Positions 19,879 to 37,800 of a DNA stretch of 64,000 nucleotides are shown here, piece by piece (position 1 is the first letter of the stretch; each line of letters begins with the position of its first letter). Source of the DNA: Euprymna scolopes (taxonomy: Eukaryota); assembly GCA_053919585.1 (NCBI GenBank), contig CM132800.1; one strand, written 5' to 3'. Made by a program: the position numbers and the translations under genes. The notes under the pieces are model-generated. The model was not told the DNA's origin, searched no databases, and saw only the letters and a list, made by a program, of their open reading frames with translations.

Positions 19879-22800
19879 AGTGATATAAGCATAGTAATAT
19901 AATTTCAGTGTTTTAAGCATATTAATATAATTTCAGTGATATAAGCATATTAATATAATTTCAGTGATATTAGAATAGTAATATAATTTCAGTGATATAA
20001 GCACATTAATATAATTTCAGTGATATAAGCATATTGATATAATATCAGTGATATAAGCATATTAATATAATTTCAGTGATACAAGCATATTAATATAATT
20101 TCAGTGATATAAGCATATAGAAAATAATTTCAGTGATATAAGAATATTAATATAATTTCAGTGATATAAGCATATTAATATAATTTCAGTGATATAAGCA
20201 TATCGAAATAATTTCAGTGATATAAGCATATTATTATAATTTCAGTGATATAAACATATTAGTATAATATCAGTAATATTAGAATAGTAATATAATTTCA
20301 GTGATATAAGCACATTAATATAATTTCAGTGATATAAGCATATTGATATCATATCAGTGATATAAGCATATTAATATAATTTCAGTGATATAAGCATATT
20401 AATACAATTTCAGTGATATAAGCATATTAATATAATTTCAGTGATATAAGCATAGTAATATAATTTCAGTGAGATCAGAATTTCGAAATAATTTCAGTGA
20501 TATAAGCATATTAATATAATTTCAGTGATATAATCATATCGAAATAATTTCAGTGATATAGGCATATTAATATAATTTCAGTGATATAAGCACATTAATA
20601 TAATTTCAGTGATATAAGCACAGTAATATAATTTCAGTGATATAAGCAGAGTAATATAATTTCAGTGATATAAGCATATTAATATAATTTCAGTGATATA
20701 AGCACATTAATATAATTTCAGTGATATAAGCATATTAATATATTTTCAGTGATATAAGCATAGTAATATAATTTCAGTGATATAAGCATATTAATATAAT
20801 TTCAGTGATATAAGCATATTAGTATAATTTCAGTGATATAAGCATATTAATATAATTTCAGTGATATAAGCATATTAATATAATTTCAGTGTTATAAGCA
20901 TATTAATATAATTTCAGTGATATAAGCATATTAATATAATATCAGTAATATTAGAATAGTAATATAATTTCAGTGATATAAGCATATAATAATAATTTCA
21001 GTGATATAAGCATATTAATATAATATCAGTAATATTAGAATATTAATATAATTTCAGTGATATAAGCATATTAATATAATTTCAGTGATATAAGCATATT
21101 AATATAATTTCAGTGATATAAGCATATTAATATAATATCAGTAATATTAGAATAGTAATATAATTTCAGTGATATAAGCACATTAATATAATTTCAATGA
21201 TATAAGCATATTGATATAATATCAGTGATATAAGCATAGTAATATAATTTCAGTGCTATAAGCATATAATTATAATTTCAGTGATATAAGCATATTAATA
21301 CAATATCAGTAATATAAGACCATTAATATAATTTCAGTGGTATAAGCATATTAATATAATTTCAGTTGTATAAGCATATTAATATAATTTCAGTAATATA
21401 AGCATAGTAATATAATTTCAGTGGTATAAGCATATTAATATAATTTCAGTGGTATAAGCACATTAATATAATTTCAGTGATATAAGCATATAAATATAAT
21501 ATCAGTGATATAAGCATATTAATATAATTTCAATGATATAAGCATATTAATATAATTTCAGTGATATAAGCATAGTAATATAATTTCAGTGATATAAGCA
21601 TATTAATATAATTTCAGTGATATAAGCATATTAATATAATATCAGTAATATTAGAATAGTAATATAATTTCAGTGATATAAGCACATTAATATAATTTCA
21701 GTTATATAAGCATATTGATATAATATCAGTGATATAAGCATAGTAATATAATTTCAGTGCTATAAGCATATTAATATAATTTCAGTGATATAAGCACATT
21801 AATATAATTTCAGTGATATAAGCATATTAATATATTTTCAGTGATATAAGCATAGTAATATAATTTCAGTGATATAAGCATATTAATATAATTTCAGTGA
21901 TATAAGCATATTAGTATAATTTCAGTGATATAAGCATATTAATATAATTTCAGTGATATAAGCATATTAATATAATTTCAGTGATGTAAGCATATTAATA
22001 TAATTTCAGTGATATAAGCATATTAATATAATATCAGTAATATTAGAATAGTAATATAATTTCAGTGATATAAGAATATAATAATAATTTCAGTGATATA
22101 AGCATATTAATATAATATCAGTAATATTAGAATATTAATATAATTTCAGTGATATAAGCATATTAATATAATTTCAGTGATATAAGCATATTAATATAAT
22201 TTCAGTGATATAAGCATATTAATATAATATCAGTAATATTAGAATAGTAATATAATTTCAGTGATATAAGCACATTAGTATAATTTCAATGATAAAAGCA
22301 TATTGATATAATATCAGTGATATAAGCATAGTAATATAATTTCAGTGCTATAAGCATATAATTATAATTTCAGTGATATAAGCATATTAATACAATATCA
22401 GTAATATAAGACCATTAATATAATTTCAGTGGTATAAGCATATTAATATAATTTCAGTTGTATAAGCATATTAATATAATTTCAGTAATATAAGCATAGT
22501 AATATAATTTCAATAGTATAAGCATATTAATATAATTTCAGTGGTATAAGCACATTAATATAATTTCAGTGATATAAGCATATAAATATAATATCAGTGA
22601 TATAAGCATATTAATATAATTTCAATGATATAAGCATATTAATATAATTTCAGTGATATAAGCATATTAATATAATTTCAGTGGTATAAGCATATTAATA
22701 TAATTTCAGTGATATAAGCATATTGACATAATTTTAGTGGTATAAGCATATTAATATAATTTCAGTGATATAAGCATATTAATATAATTTCAGTGATATA

Positions 22801-25800
22801 AGCATATTAATATAATTTCAGTGATGTAAGCATATTAATATAATTTCAGTGATATAAGCATATTAATATAATTTCAGTGATATAAGCATATTAATATAAT
22901 TTCAGTGATATAAGCATATTAATATAATATCAGTGATATAAGCATATTAATATAATTTCAATGATATAAGCATATTAATATAATTTCAGTGATATAAGCA
23001 TATTTATATAATTTCAGTGATATAAGCATATTAATATAATTTTAGTGATATAAGCATATTAATATAATTTCAGTGATATAAGCATATCGAAATAATTTCA
23101 GTGATAAGCATATTAATATAATTTCAGTTATATAGGCATATTAATATAATTTCAGTGATATAAGCATATGAATATAATTTCAGTGATATAAGCATATTAA
23201 TATAATTTAAGTGATATAAGCATATTAATACAATATAAGTAATATTAGAACATTAATATAATTTCAGTGGTATAAGCATATTAATATAAGTTCAGTGATA
23301 TAAGCATATTAATATAATTTCAGTGATATAAGCATAGTAATATAATTTCAGTTATATAAACATATTAATATAATTTCAGTGATATAAGCATATTAATATA
23401 ATTTCAGTGATATAAGCATAGTAATATAATTTCAGTGATATAAGCATATTAATATAATTTCAGTGATATAAGCATATTAATATAATATCAGTAATATTAG
23501 AATAGTAATATAATTTCAGTGATATAAGCACATTAATATAATTTCAGTTATATAAGCATATTGATATAATATCAGTGATATAAGCATAGTAATATAATTT
23601 CAGTGCTATAAGCATATTAATATAATTTCATCGATATAAGCATAGTAATATAATTTCAGTGATATAAGCATATCGAAATAAATTTAGTGATATAAGAATA
23701 TAAATATAATTTCAGTGGTATAAGCATAGTAATATAATTTCAGTGGTATAAGCATATTAATATAATTTCAGTGATATAAGCATAGTAATATAATTTCAGG
23801 GGTATAAGCATATTAATATAATTTCAGTGATATAAGCATATTAATATAATTTCAGTGATATAAGCATATTAATATAATTTTAGTGGTATAAGCATATTAA
23901 TATAATTTCAGTGATATAAGCATATTAATATAATTTCAGTGATATAAGCATATTAATATAATTTCAGTGATGTAAGCATATTAATATAATTTCAGTGATA
24001 TAAGCATATTAATATAATTTCAGTGATGTAAGCATATTAATATAATTTCAGTGATATAAGCATATTAATATAATTTCAGTGATATAAGCATATTAATATA
24101 ATTTCAGTGGTATAAGCATATTAATATAATTTCAGTGATATAAGCATATTGATATAATTTTAGTGATATAAGCATATTAATATAATTTCAGTGATATAAG
24201 CATATTAATACAATTTCAGTGATATAAGCATATTAATATAATTTCAGTGATGAAAGCATATTAATATAATTTCAGTGATATAAGCATATTAATATAATTT
24301 CAGTGATATAAGCATATTAATATAATTTCAGTGATATAAGCATATTAATATAATATCAGTGATATAAGCATATTAATATAATTTCAATGATATAAGCATA
24401 TTAATATAATTTCAGTGATATAAGCATATTTATATAATTTCAGTGATATAAGCATATTAATATAATTTTTGTGATATAAGCATATTAATATAATTTCAGT
24501 GATATAAGCATATCGAAATAATTTCAGTGATAAGCATATTAATATAATTTCAGTTATATAGGCATATTAATATAATTTCAGTGATATAAGCATATGAATA
24601 TAATTTCAGTTATATAAGCATATTAATATAATTTCAGTGATATAAGCATATAAATACAATATCAGTAATATTAGAACATTAATATAATTTCAGTGGTATA
24701 AGCATATTAATACAAGTTCAGTGATATAAGCATATGAATATAATTTCAGTGATATAAGCATAGTAATATAATTTCAGTGATATAAGCATATTAATATAAT
24801 TTCAGTGATATAAGCATATTAATATAATTTCAGTGATATAAGCATAGTAATATAATTTCAGTGATATAAGCATATTAATATAATTTCAGTGATATAAGCA
24901 TATTAATATAATTTCAGTGATGTAAGCATATTAATATAATTTCAGTGATATAAGCATATTAATATAATTTCAGTGATATAAGCATATTAATATAATTTCA
25001 GTGATATAAGCATATTAATATAATATCAGTGATATAAGCATATTAATATAATTTCAATGATATAAGCATATTAATATAATTTCAGTGATATAAGCATATT
25101 TATATAATTTCAGTGATATAAGCATATTAATATAATTTTAGTGATATAAGCATATTAATATAATTTCAGTGATATAAGCATATCGAAATAATTACAGTGA
25201 TAAGCATATTAATATAATTTCAGTTATATAGGCATATAAATATAATTTCAGTGATATAAGCATATGAATATAATTTCAGTGATATAAGCATATTAATATA
25301 ATTTAAGTGATATAATCATATTAATACAATATCAGTAATATTAGAACATTAATATAATTTCAGTGGTATAAGCATATTAATATAAGTTCAGTGATATAAG
25401 CATATTAATATAATTTCAGTGATATAAGCATAGTAATATAATTTCAGTGATATAAGCATATTAATATAATTTCAGTGATATAAGCATATTAATATAATTT
25501 CAGTGATATAAGCATAGTAATATAATTTCAGTGATATAAGCATATTAATATACTTTCAGTGATATAAGCATATTAATATAATATCAGTAATATTAGAATA
25601 GTAATATAATTTCAGTGATATAAGCACATTAATATAATTTCAGTGATATAAGCATATTGATATAATATCAGTGATATAAGCATAGTAATATAATTTCAGT
25701 GCTATAAGCATATTAATATAATTTCAGTGATATAAGCATAGTAATATAATTTCAGTGATATAAGCATATCGAAATAAATTTAGTGATATAAGAATATAAA

Positions 25801-28800
25801 TATAATTTCAGTGGTATAAGCATAGTAATATAATTTCAGTGGTATAAGCATATTAATATAATTTCAGTGATATAAGCATAGTAATATAATTTCAGGGGTA
25901 TAAGCATATTAATATAATTTCAGTGATATAAGCATATTAATATAATTTCAGTGATATAAGCATATTAATATAATTTTAGTGGTATAAGCATATTAATATA
26001 ATTTCAGTGATATAAGCATATTAATATAATTTCAGTGATATAAGCATATTAATATAATTTCAGTGATGTAAGCATATTAATATAATTTCAGTGATATAAG
26101 CATATTAATATAATTTCAGTGATGTAAGCATATTAATATAATTTCAGTGATATAAGCATATTAATATAATTTCAGTGATATAAGCATATTAATATAATTT
26201 CAGTGGTATAAGCATATTAATATAATTTCAGTGATATAAGCATATTGATATAATTTTAGTGATATAAGCATATTAATATAATTTCAGTGATATAAGCATA
26301 TTAATACAATTTCAGTGATATAAGCATATTAATATAATTTCAGTGATGAAAGCATATTAATATAATTTCAGTGATATAAGCATATTAATATAATTTCAGT
26401 GATATAAGCATATTAATATAATTTCAGTGATATAAGCATATTAATATAATATCAGTGATATAAGCATATTAATATAATTTCAATGATATAAGCATATTAA
26501 TATAATTTAAGTGATATAAGCATATTTATATAATTTCAGTGATATAAGCATATTAATATAATTTTAGTGATATGAGCATATTAATATAATTTAAGTGATA
26601 TAAGCATATCGAAATAATTTCAGTGATAAGCATATTTATATAATTTCAGTTATATAGGCATATTAATATAATTTCAGTGATATAAGCATATGAATATAAT
26701 TTCAGTGATATAAGCATATTAATATAATTTAAGTGATATAAGCATATAAATACAATATCAGTAATATTAGAACATTAATATAATTTCAGTGGTATAAGCA
26801 TATTAATACAAGTTCAGTGATATAAGCATATTAATATAATTTCAGTGATATAAGCATAGTAATATAATTTCAGTGATATAAGCATATTAATATAATTTCA
26901 GTGATATAAGCATATTAATATAATTTCAGTGATATAAGCATATTCATATAATTTCAGTGATATAAGCATATTAATATAATTTCAGTGATATAAGAATATT
27001 AATATAATATCAGTAATATTAGAATAGTAATATAATTTCAGTGATATAAGCACATTAATATAATGTCAGTGATATAAGCATATTGATATAATATCAGTGA
27101 TATAAGCATAGTAATATAATTTCAGTGCTATAAGCATATTAATATAATTTCAGTGATATAAGCATAGTAATATAATTTCAGTGATATAAGCATATCGAAA
27201 TAAATTTAGTGATATAAGAATATAAATATAATTTCAGTGGTATAAGCATAGTAATATAATTTCAGTGGTATAAGCATATTAATATAATTTCAGTGATATA
27301 AGCATAGTAATATAATTTCAGGGGTATAAGCATATTAATATAATTTCAGTGATATAAGCATATTAATATAATTTCAGTGATATAAGCATATTAATATAAT
27401 TTCAGTGATATAAGCATAGTAATATAATTTCAGGGGTATAAGCATATCAATATAATTTCAGTGATATAAGCATATTAATATAATTTCAGTGATATAAGCA
27501 TATTAATATAATTTTAGTGGTATAAGCATATTTATATAATTTCAGTGATATAAGCATATTAATATAATTTCAGTGATATAAGCATATTAATATAATTTCA
27601 GTGATGTAAGCATATTAATATAATTTCAGTGATATAAGCATATTAATATAATTTCAGTGATGTAAGCATATTAATATAATTTCAGTGATATAAGCATATT
27701 AATATAATTCCAGTGATATAAGCATATTAATATAATTTTAGTAATACAAGCATATTAATATAATTTCAGTGATATAAGAATATTACTATAATATCAGTGA
27801 TATAAGCATATACATATAATTTCAATAATATAAGCATATTAATATAATTTCAGTGATATAAGCATATTCATATAATTTTAGTGATATAAGCATATTAATA
27901 TAATTTCAGTGATATAAGCATATTAATATAATTTCAGTGATATAAGCATATTAATATAATTTCAGTGATATAAGCATATCGAAATAATTTCAGTGATTAT
28001 CATATTAATATAATTTCAGTTATAAAGGCATATTAATATAATTTAAGTGATATAAGCATATTAATATAATTTAAGTGATATAAGCATATTAATATAATTT
28101 CAGTGATATAAGCATATCGAAATAATTTCAGTGATAAGCATATTAATATAATTTCACTTATAAAGGCATATTAATATTATTTCAGTGATATAAGCATATT
28201 AATATAATTTCAGTGATATAAGCACATTAATATAATTTCAGTGATATAAGCATATGAATATAATTTCAGTGATATAAGCATATTAATATAATTTAAGTGA
28301 TATAAGCATATAAATACAATATCAGTAATATTAGAACATTAATATAATTTCAGTGGTATAAGCATATTAATACAAGTTCAGTGATATAAGCATATTAATA
28401 TAATTTCAGTGATATAAGCATAGTAATATAATTTCAGTGATATAAGCATATTAATATAATTTCAGTGATATAAGCATATTAATATAATTTCAGTGATATA
28501 AGCATAGTAATATAATTTCAGTGATATAAGCATATTAATATAATTTCAGTGATATAAGCATATTAATATAATTTCAGTGATGTAAGCATATTAATATAAT
28601 TTCAGTGATATAAGCATATTAATATAATTTCAGTGATATAAGCATATTAATATAATTTCAGTGATATAAGCATATTAATATAATATCAGTGATATAAGCA
28701 TATTAATATAATTTCAATGATATAAGCATATTAATATAATTTCAGTGATATAAGCATATTTATATAATTTCAGTGATATAAGCATATTAATATAATTTTA

Positions 28801-31800
28801 GTTATATAAGCATATTAATATAATTTCAGTGATATAAGCATATCGAAATAATTTCAGTGATAAGCATATTAATATAATTTCAGTTATATAGGCATATAAA
28901 TATAATTTCAGTGATATAAGCATATGAATATAATTTCAGTGATATAAGCATATTAATATAATTTAAGTGATATAAGCATATTAATACAATATCAGTAATA
29001 TTAGAACATTAATATAATTTCAGTGGTATAAGCATATTAATATAAGTTCAGTGATATAAGCATATTAATATAATTTCAGTAATATAAGCATAGTAATATA
29101 ATTTCAGTGATATAAGCATATTAATATAATTTCAGTGATATAAGCATATTAATATAATTTCAGTGATATAAGCATAGTAATATAATTTCAGTGATATAAG
29201 CATATTAATATAATTTCAGTGATATAAGCATATTAATATAATATCAGTAATATTAGAATAGTAATATAATTTCAGTGATATTCGCACATTAATATAATTT
29301 CAGTGATATAAGCATATTGATATAATATCAGTGATATAAGCATAGTAATATAATTTCAGTGCTAAAAGCATATTAATATAATTTCAGTGATATAAGCATA
29401 GTAATATAATTTCAGTGATATAAGCATATCGAAATAAATTTAGTGATATAAGAATATAAATATAATTTCAGTGGTATAAGCATAGTAATATAATTTCAGT
29501 GGTATAAGCATATTAATATAATTTCAGTGATATAAGCATAGAAATATAATTTCAGGGGTATAAGCATATTAATATAATTTCAGTGATATAAGCATATTAA
29601 TATAATTTCAGTGATATAAGCATATTAATATAATTTTAGTGGTATAAGCATATTAATATAATTTCAGTGATATAAGCATATTAATATAATTTCAGTGATA
29701 TAAGCATATTAATATAATTTCAGTGATGTAAGCATATTAATATAATTTCAGTGATATAAGCATATTAATATAATTTCAGTGATGTAAGCATATTAATATA
29801 ATTTCAGTGATATAAGCATATTAATATAATTTCAGTGATATAAGCATATTAATATAATTTCAGTGGTATAAGCATATTAATATAATTTCAGTGATATAAG
29901 CATATTGATATAATTTTAGTGATATAAGCATATTAATATAATTTCAGTGATATAAGCATATTAATACAATTTCAGTGATATAAGCATATTAATATAATTT
30001 CAGTGATGAAAGCATATTAATATAATTTCAGTGATATAAGCATATTAATATAATTTCAGTGATATAAGCATATTAATATAATTTCAGTGATATAAGCATA
30101 TTAATATAATATCAGTGATATAAGCATATTAATATAATTTCAATGATATAAGCATATTAATATAATTTCAGTGATATAAGCATATTTATATAATTTCAGT
30201 GATATAAACATATTAATATAATTTTAGTGATATAAGCATATTAATATAATTTCAGTGATATAAGCATATCGAAATAATTTCAGTGATAAGCATATTAATA
30301 TAATTTCAGTTATATAGGCATATTAATATAATTTCAGTGATATAAGCATATGAATATAATTTCAGTGATATAAGCATATTAATATAATTTAAGTGATATA
30401 AGCATATAAATACAATATCAGTAATATTAGAACATTAATATAATTTCAGTGGTATAAGCATATTAATACAAGTTCAGTGATATAAGCATATTAATATAAT
30501 TTCAGTGATATAAGCATAGTAATATAATTTCTGTGATATAAGCATATTAATATAATTTCAGTGATATAAGCATATTAATATAATTTCAGTGATATAAGCA
30601 TAGTAATAGAATTTCAGTGATATAAGCATATTAATATAATTTCAGTGATATAAGAATATTAATATAATATCAGTAATATTAGAATAGTAATATAATTTCA
30701 GTGATATAAGTACATTAATATAATTTCAGTGATATAAGCATATTGATATAATATCAGTGATATAAGCATAGTAATATAATTTCAGTGCTATAAGCATATT
30801 AATATAATTTCAGTGATATAAGCATAGTAATATAATTTCAGTGATATAAGCATATCGAAATAAATTTAGTGATATAAGAATATAAATATAATTTCAGTGG
30901 TATAAGCATAGTAATATAATTTCAGTGGTATAAGCATATTAATATAATTTCAGTGATATAAGCATAGTAATATAATTTCAGGGGTATAAGCATATTAATA
31001 TAATTTCAGTGATATAAGCATATTAATATAATTTCAGTGATATAAGCATATTAATATAATTTCAGTGATATAAGCATAGTAATATAATTTCAGGGGTATA
31101 AGCATATCAATATAATTTCAGTGATATAAGCATATTAATATAATTTCAGTGATATAAGCATATTAATATAATTTTAGTGGTATAAGCATATTAATATAAT
31201 TTCAGTGATATAAGCATATTAATATAATTTCAGTGATATAAGCATATTAATATAATTTCAGTGATGTAAGCATATTAATATAATTTCAGTGATATAAGCA
31301 TATTAATATAATTTCAGTGATGTAAGCATATTAATATAATTTTAGTGATATAAGCATATTAATATAATTTCAGTAAAAAAAGCATATTTATATAATTTCA
31401 GTGATATAAGCATATTAATATAATTCCAGTGATATAAGCATATTAATATAATTTCAGTGATATAAGCATATTAATATAATTTCAGTGATATAAGAATATT
31501 ACTATAATATCAGTGATATAAGCATATACATATAATTTCAATGATATAAGCATATTAATATAATTTCAGTTATATAAGCATATTCATATAATTTCAGTGA
31601 TATGAGCATATTAATATAATTTCAGTGATATAAGCATATTAATATAATTTCAGTGATATAAGCATATTAATATAATTTCAGTGATATAAGCATATCGAAA
31701 TAATTTCAGTGATAAGCATATTAATATAATTTCAGTTATAAAGGCATATTAATATAATTTAAGTGATATAAGCATATTAATATAATTTAAGTGATATAAG

Positions 31801-34800
31801 CATATTAATATAATTTCAGTGATATAAGCATATCGAAATAATTTCAGTGATAAGCATATTAATATAATTTCACTTATAAAGGCATATTAATATTATTTCA
31901 GTGATATAAGCATATTAATATAATTTCAGTGATATAAGCACATTAATATAATTTCAGTGATATAAGCATATTAATATAATTTCAGTGATAAGCATATTAA
32001 TATAATTTCAGTGATATAAGCATATTAATATAATTACAGTGATATAAGCATATCGAAATAATTTCAGTGATAAGCATATTAATATAATTTCAGTTATATA
32101 AGCATATTAATATAATTTCAGTGATATAAGCATATTAATATAATTTCAGTGGTATCAGCATATTAATATAATTTCAGTGATATAAGCATATTAATATAAT
32201 TTCAGTGATATAAGCATATTAATATAATAACAGTAATATTAGAATAGTAATATAATTTCCGTGATATAAGCACATTAATATAATTTCAGTGATATAAGCA
32301 TATTGATATAATATCAATGATATAAGCATTCTAATATAATGTCAGTGATATAAGCATATTAATATAATTTCAGTGATATAAGCATATTAATATAATTTCA
32401 GTGATATAAGCATAGTAATATAATTTCAGTGATATAAGTATATCGAAATAATTTCAGTGATATAAGCATATTAATATAATTTCAATGATATAAGCATATT
32501 AATATAATGTCAGGGATATAAGTATATTAATATAATTTCAGTTATATAAGCATATCGAAATAATTTCAGTGATAAGCATATTAATATAATTTCAGTGATA
32601 TAAGCATATTAATATAATTTCAGTTATATAAGCATATTAATATAATTTCAGTGGTATAACCATATTAATATAATTTCATTGATATAAGCATATTAATATA
32701 ATTTCAGTGATATAAGCATATTAATATAATTTCAGTGATATAAGCATATCGAAATAATTTCAGTGATATAAGCATAGTAATATAATTTCAGTGATATAAT
32801 CATATTAATATAATTTTAGTGATATAAGCATATTAATATAATTTCAGTGATATAAGCATATTAATATAATTTCAGTGATATAAGCATATTAATATAATTT
32901 CAGTGATATAATCATATCAATATAATTTCAGTGATATAAGCATATTAATATAATAGCAGTAATATTAGAATAGTAATATAATTTCCGTGATATAAGCACA
33001 TTAATATAATTTCAGTGATATAAGCATATTGATATAATATCAATGATATAAGCATATTAATATAATGTCAGTGATATAAGCATATTAATATAATTTCAGT
33101 GATATAAGCATATTAATATAATTTCAGTGATATAAGCATAGTAATATAATTTCAGTGATATAAGCATATCGAAATAATTTCAGTGATATAGACATATTAA
33201 TATAATTTCAGTGATATAAGCATATAAATATAATATCAGTGATATTAGAATAGTAATATAATTTCAGTGATATAAGCACATTAATATAAATTTAGTTATA
33301 TAATCATATTAATATAATATCAGTAATATTAGAATAGTAATATAATTTCAGTGATATAAGCATATTAATATAATGTCAGTGATATAAGCATATTAATATA
33401 ATGTCAGTGATATAAGCATATTAATATAATTTCAGTGATATAAGCATATTAATATAATGTCAGTGATATACGCATAGTAATATAATGTCAGAGATATAAG
33501 CATATTAATATAATGTCAGTGATATAAGCATAGTAATATAATTTCAGTGATATAAACATATTAATATAATGTCAGTGATATAGGCACATTAATATAATTT
33601 CAGTGATATAAGCATATTAATATAATTTCAGTGATATAAGCATATTAATATAATGTCAGTGATATAAGCATATTAATATAATTTCAGTGATATAAGCATA
33701 TTAATTTAATGTCAGTGATATAAGCATAGTAATATAATTTCACTGATATAAGCATATTAATATAATTTCAGTGATATATGAATATTAATATAATTTCAGT
33801 GATATAAGCATATTAATATAATTTCACTGATATAAGCATATTAATATAATTTCAGTGATATAAGCATAGTAATATAATTCCAGTGATATAAGCATATTAA
33901 TATAATTTCAGTGATATAAGCATATTAATATAATTTCAGTGATATAAGCATACTAATATAATATCAGTAATATTAGAATAGTAATATAATTTTAGTGATA
34001 TAAGCACATAATTATAATTTCAGTGATATAAGCATATTAATATAATTTCAGTGATATAAGAATATTAATATAATTTCAGTGATATAAGCATATTAATATA
34101 ATTTCAGTGATATAAACATATTAATATAATTTCAGTGATATAAGCATATTAATATAATTTCAGTGATATAAGCATATTAAGAAAATTTCAGTGATATAAG
34201 CATATTAATATCATTTCAGTGGTATAAGCATATTAATATAATTTCAGTGATATAAGCATATTCATATAATTTCAGTGATATAAGCATATTAATATAATTT
34301 CAGTGATATAAGCATATTAATATAATTTCAGTGATATACGCATATTAATATAATTTCAGTGATATAAGCATATCGAAATAATTTCAGTGATAAGCATATT
34401 AATATAATTTCAGTTATAAAGGCATATTAATATAATTTCAGTGATATAAGCATATTAATATAATTTCAGTGATATAATCATATTAATATAATTTCAGTGA
34501 TATAAGCATATCGAAATAATTTCAGTGATAAGCATATTAATATAATTTCACTTATAAAGGAATATTAATATTATTTCAGTGATATAAGCATATTGATATA
34601 ATATCAATGATATAAGCATATTAATATAATGTCAGTGATATAAGCATATTAATATAATTTCAGTGATATAAGAATATTAATATAATTTCAGTGATATAAG
34701 CATAGTAATATAATTTCAGTGATATAAGCATATCGAAATAATTTCAGTGATATAGACATATTAATATAATTTCAGTGATATAAGCATATTAATATAATAT

Positions 34801-37800
34801 CAGTAATATTAGAATAGTAATATAATTTCAGTGATATAAGCACATTAATATAAATTCAGTGATATAAGCATATTAATATAATATCAGTAATATTAGAACA
34901 GTAATATAATTTCAGTGATATAAGCATATCAATATAATGTCAGTGATATAAGCATATTAATATAATGTCAGTTATATAAGCATATTAATATAATTTCAGT
35001 GATATAAGCATATTAATATAATGTCAGTGATATACGCATAGTAATATAATGTCAGAGATATAAGCATATTAATATAATGTAAGTGATATAAGCATAGTAA
35101 TATAATTTCAGTGATATAAACATATTAATATAATGTCAGTGATATAAGCACATTAATATAATTTCAGTGATATAAGCATAATAATATAATTTCAGTGATA
35201 TAAGCATATTAATATAATGTCAGTGATATAAGCATATTAATATAATTTCAGTGATATAAGCATATTAATTTAATGTCAGTGATATAAGCATAGTAATATA
35301 ATTTCACTGATATAAGCATATTAATATAATTTCAGTGATATAAGCATATTAATATAATTTCAGTGATATAAGCATATTAATATAATTTCACTGATATAAG
35401 CATATTAATATAATTTCAGTGATATAAGCATAGTAATATAATTCCAGTGATATAAGCATATTAATATAATTTCAGTGATATAAGCATATTAATATAATTT
35501 CAGTGATATAAGCATACTAATATAATATCAGTAATATTAGAATAGTAATATAATTTTAGTGATATAAGCACATAATTATAATTTCAGTGATATAAGCATA
35601 TTAATATAATTTCAGTGATATAAGAATATTAATATAATTTCAGTGATATAAGCATATTAATATAATTTCAGTGATATAAACATATTAATATAATTTCAGT
35701 GATATAAGCATATTAATATAATTTCAGTGATATAAGCATATTAAGAAAATTTCAGTGATATAAGCATATTAATATCATTTCAGTGGTATAAGCATATTAA
35801 TATAATTTCAGTGATATAAGCATATTCATATAATTTCAGTGATATAAGCATATTAATATAATTTCAGTGATATAAGCATATTAATATAATTTCAGTGATA
35901 TAAGCATATTAATATAATTTCAGTGATATAAGCATATCGAAATAATTTCAGTGATAAGCATATTAATATAATTTCAGTTATAAAGGCATATTAATATAAT
36001 TTCAGTGATATAAGCATATTAATATAATTTCAGTGAGACAAGCATATTAATATAATTTCAGTGATATAAGCATATCGAAATAATTTCAGTGATAAGCATA
36101 TTAATATAATTTCACTTATAAAGGCATATTATTATTATTTCAGTGATATAAGCATATTAATATAATTTCAGTGATATAAGCACATTAATATAATTTCAGT
36201 GATATAAGCATATTAATATAATTTCAGTGATAAGCATATTAATATAATTTCAGTGATATAAGCATATTAATATAATTACAGTGATATAAGCATATCAAAA
36301 TAATTTAAGTGACAAGCATATTAATATAATTTCAGTTATATAAGCATATTAATATAATTTCAGTGATATAAGCATATTAATATAATTTCAGTGGTATCAG
36401 CATATTAATATAATTTCAGTGATATAAGCATATTAATATAATTTCAGTGATATAAGCATATTAACATAATTTCAGTGATATAAGCATATTAATATAACTT
36501 AATTGAAAAGCATATTAATATAATTTCATTGATATAAGCATATCGACATAATTTCAGTGATATAAGCATATTAATATAATTTCAGTGATATAAGCATATT
36601 AATATAATAGCAGTAATATTAGAATAGTAATATAATTTCCGTGATATAAGCACATTAATATAATTTCAGTGATATAAGCATATTGATATAATATCAATGA
36701 TATAAGCATATTAATATAATGTCAGTGATATAAGCATATTAATATAATTTCAGTGATATAAGCATATTAATATAATTTCAGTGATATAAGCATAGTAATA
36801 TAATTTCAGTGATATAAGCATATCGAAATAATTTCAGTGATATAAGCATATTAATATAATTTCAGTGGTATCAGCATATTAATATAATTTCAGTGATATA
36901 AGCATATTAATATAATTTCAGTGATATAAGCATATTAACATAATTTCAGTGATATAAGCATATTAATATAACTTCATTGAAAAGCATATTAATAAAATTT
37001 CAGTGATATAAGCATATCGAAATAATTTCAGTGATATAAGCATATTAATATAATTTCAGTGATATAAGCATATTAATATAATTTCAGTGGTATAAGCATA
37101 TCGAAATAATTTCAGTGATATAAACATATTAATATAATTTCAGTGATATAAGCATATTAATACATTAGCAGTAATATTAGAATAGTAATATAATTTCCGT
37201 GATATAAGCACATTAATATAATTTCAGTGATATAAGCATATTGATATAATATCAATGATATAAGCATATTAATATAATGTCAGTGATATAAGCATATTAA
37301 TATAATTTCAGTGATATAAGCATATTAATATAATTTCAGTGATATAAGCATAGTAATATAATTTCAGTGATATAAGCATATCGAAATAATTTCAGTGATA
37401 TAAGCATATTAATATAATTTCAATGATATAAGCATATTAATATAATTTCAGTGATATAAGCATATCGACATAATTTCAGTGATATAAGCACATTAATATA
37501 ATTTCAGTGATATAAGCATATTAATATAATTTCAGTGATATAAGAATAGTAATATAATTTCAGTGATATAAGCATATCGAAATAATTTCAGTGATATAGA
37601 TATATTAATATAATTTTAGTGATATAAGCATATTAATATAATATCAGTAATATTAGAATTGTAATATAATTTCAGTGATATAAGCATATTAATATAAATT
37701 CAGTGATATAAGCATATTAATATAATATCAGTAATATTAGAATAGTATTAAAATTTCAGTGATATAAGCATATTAATATAATTTCAGTGATATAAGCATA

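Noticed and set aside
19879-19920. Satellite-derived N-terminus MLKTLKLYYYAYIT fused in frame to the LINE ORF
   Set aside because: Every monomer has a minus-strand ATG and the common CATAGT variant removes the stop. In-frame fusion is expected by chance, and there is no evidence of expression.
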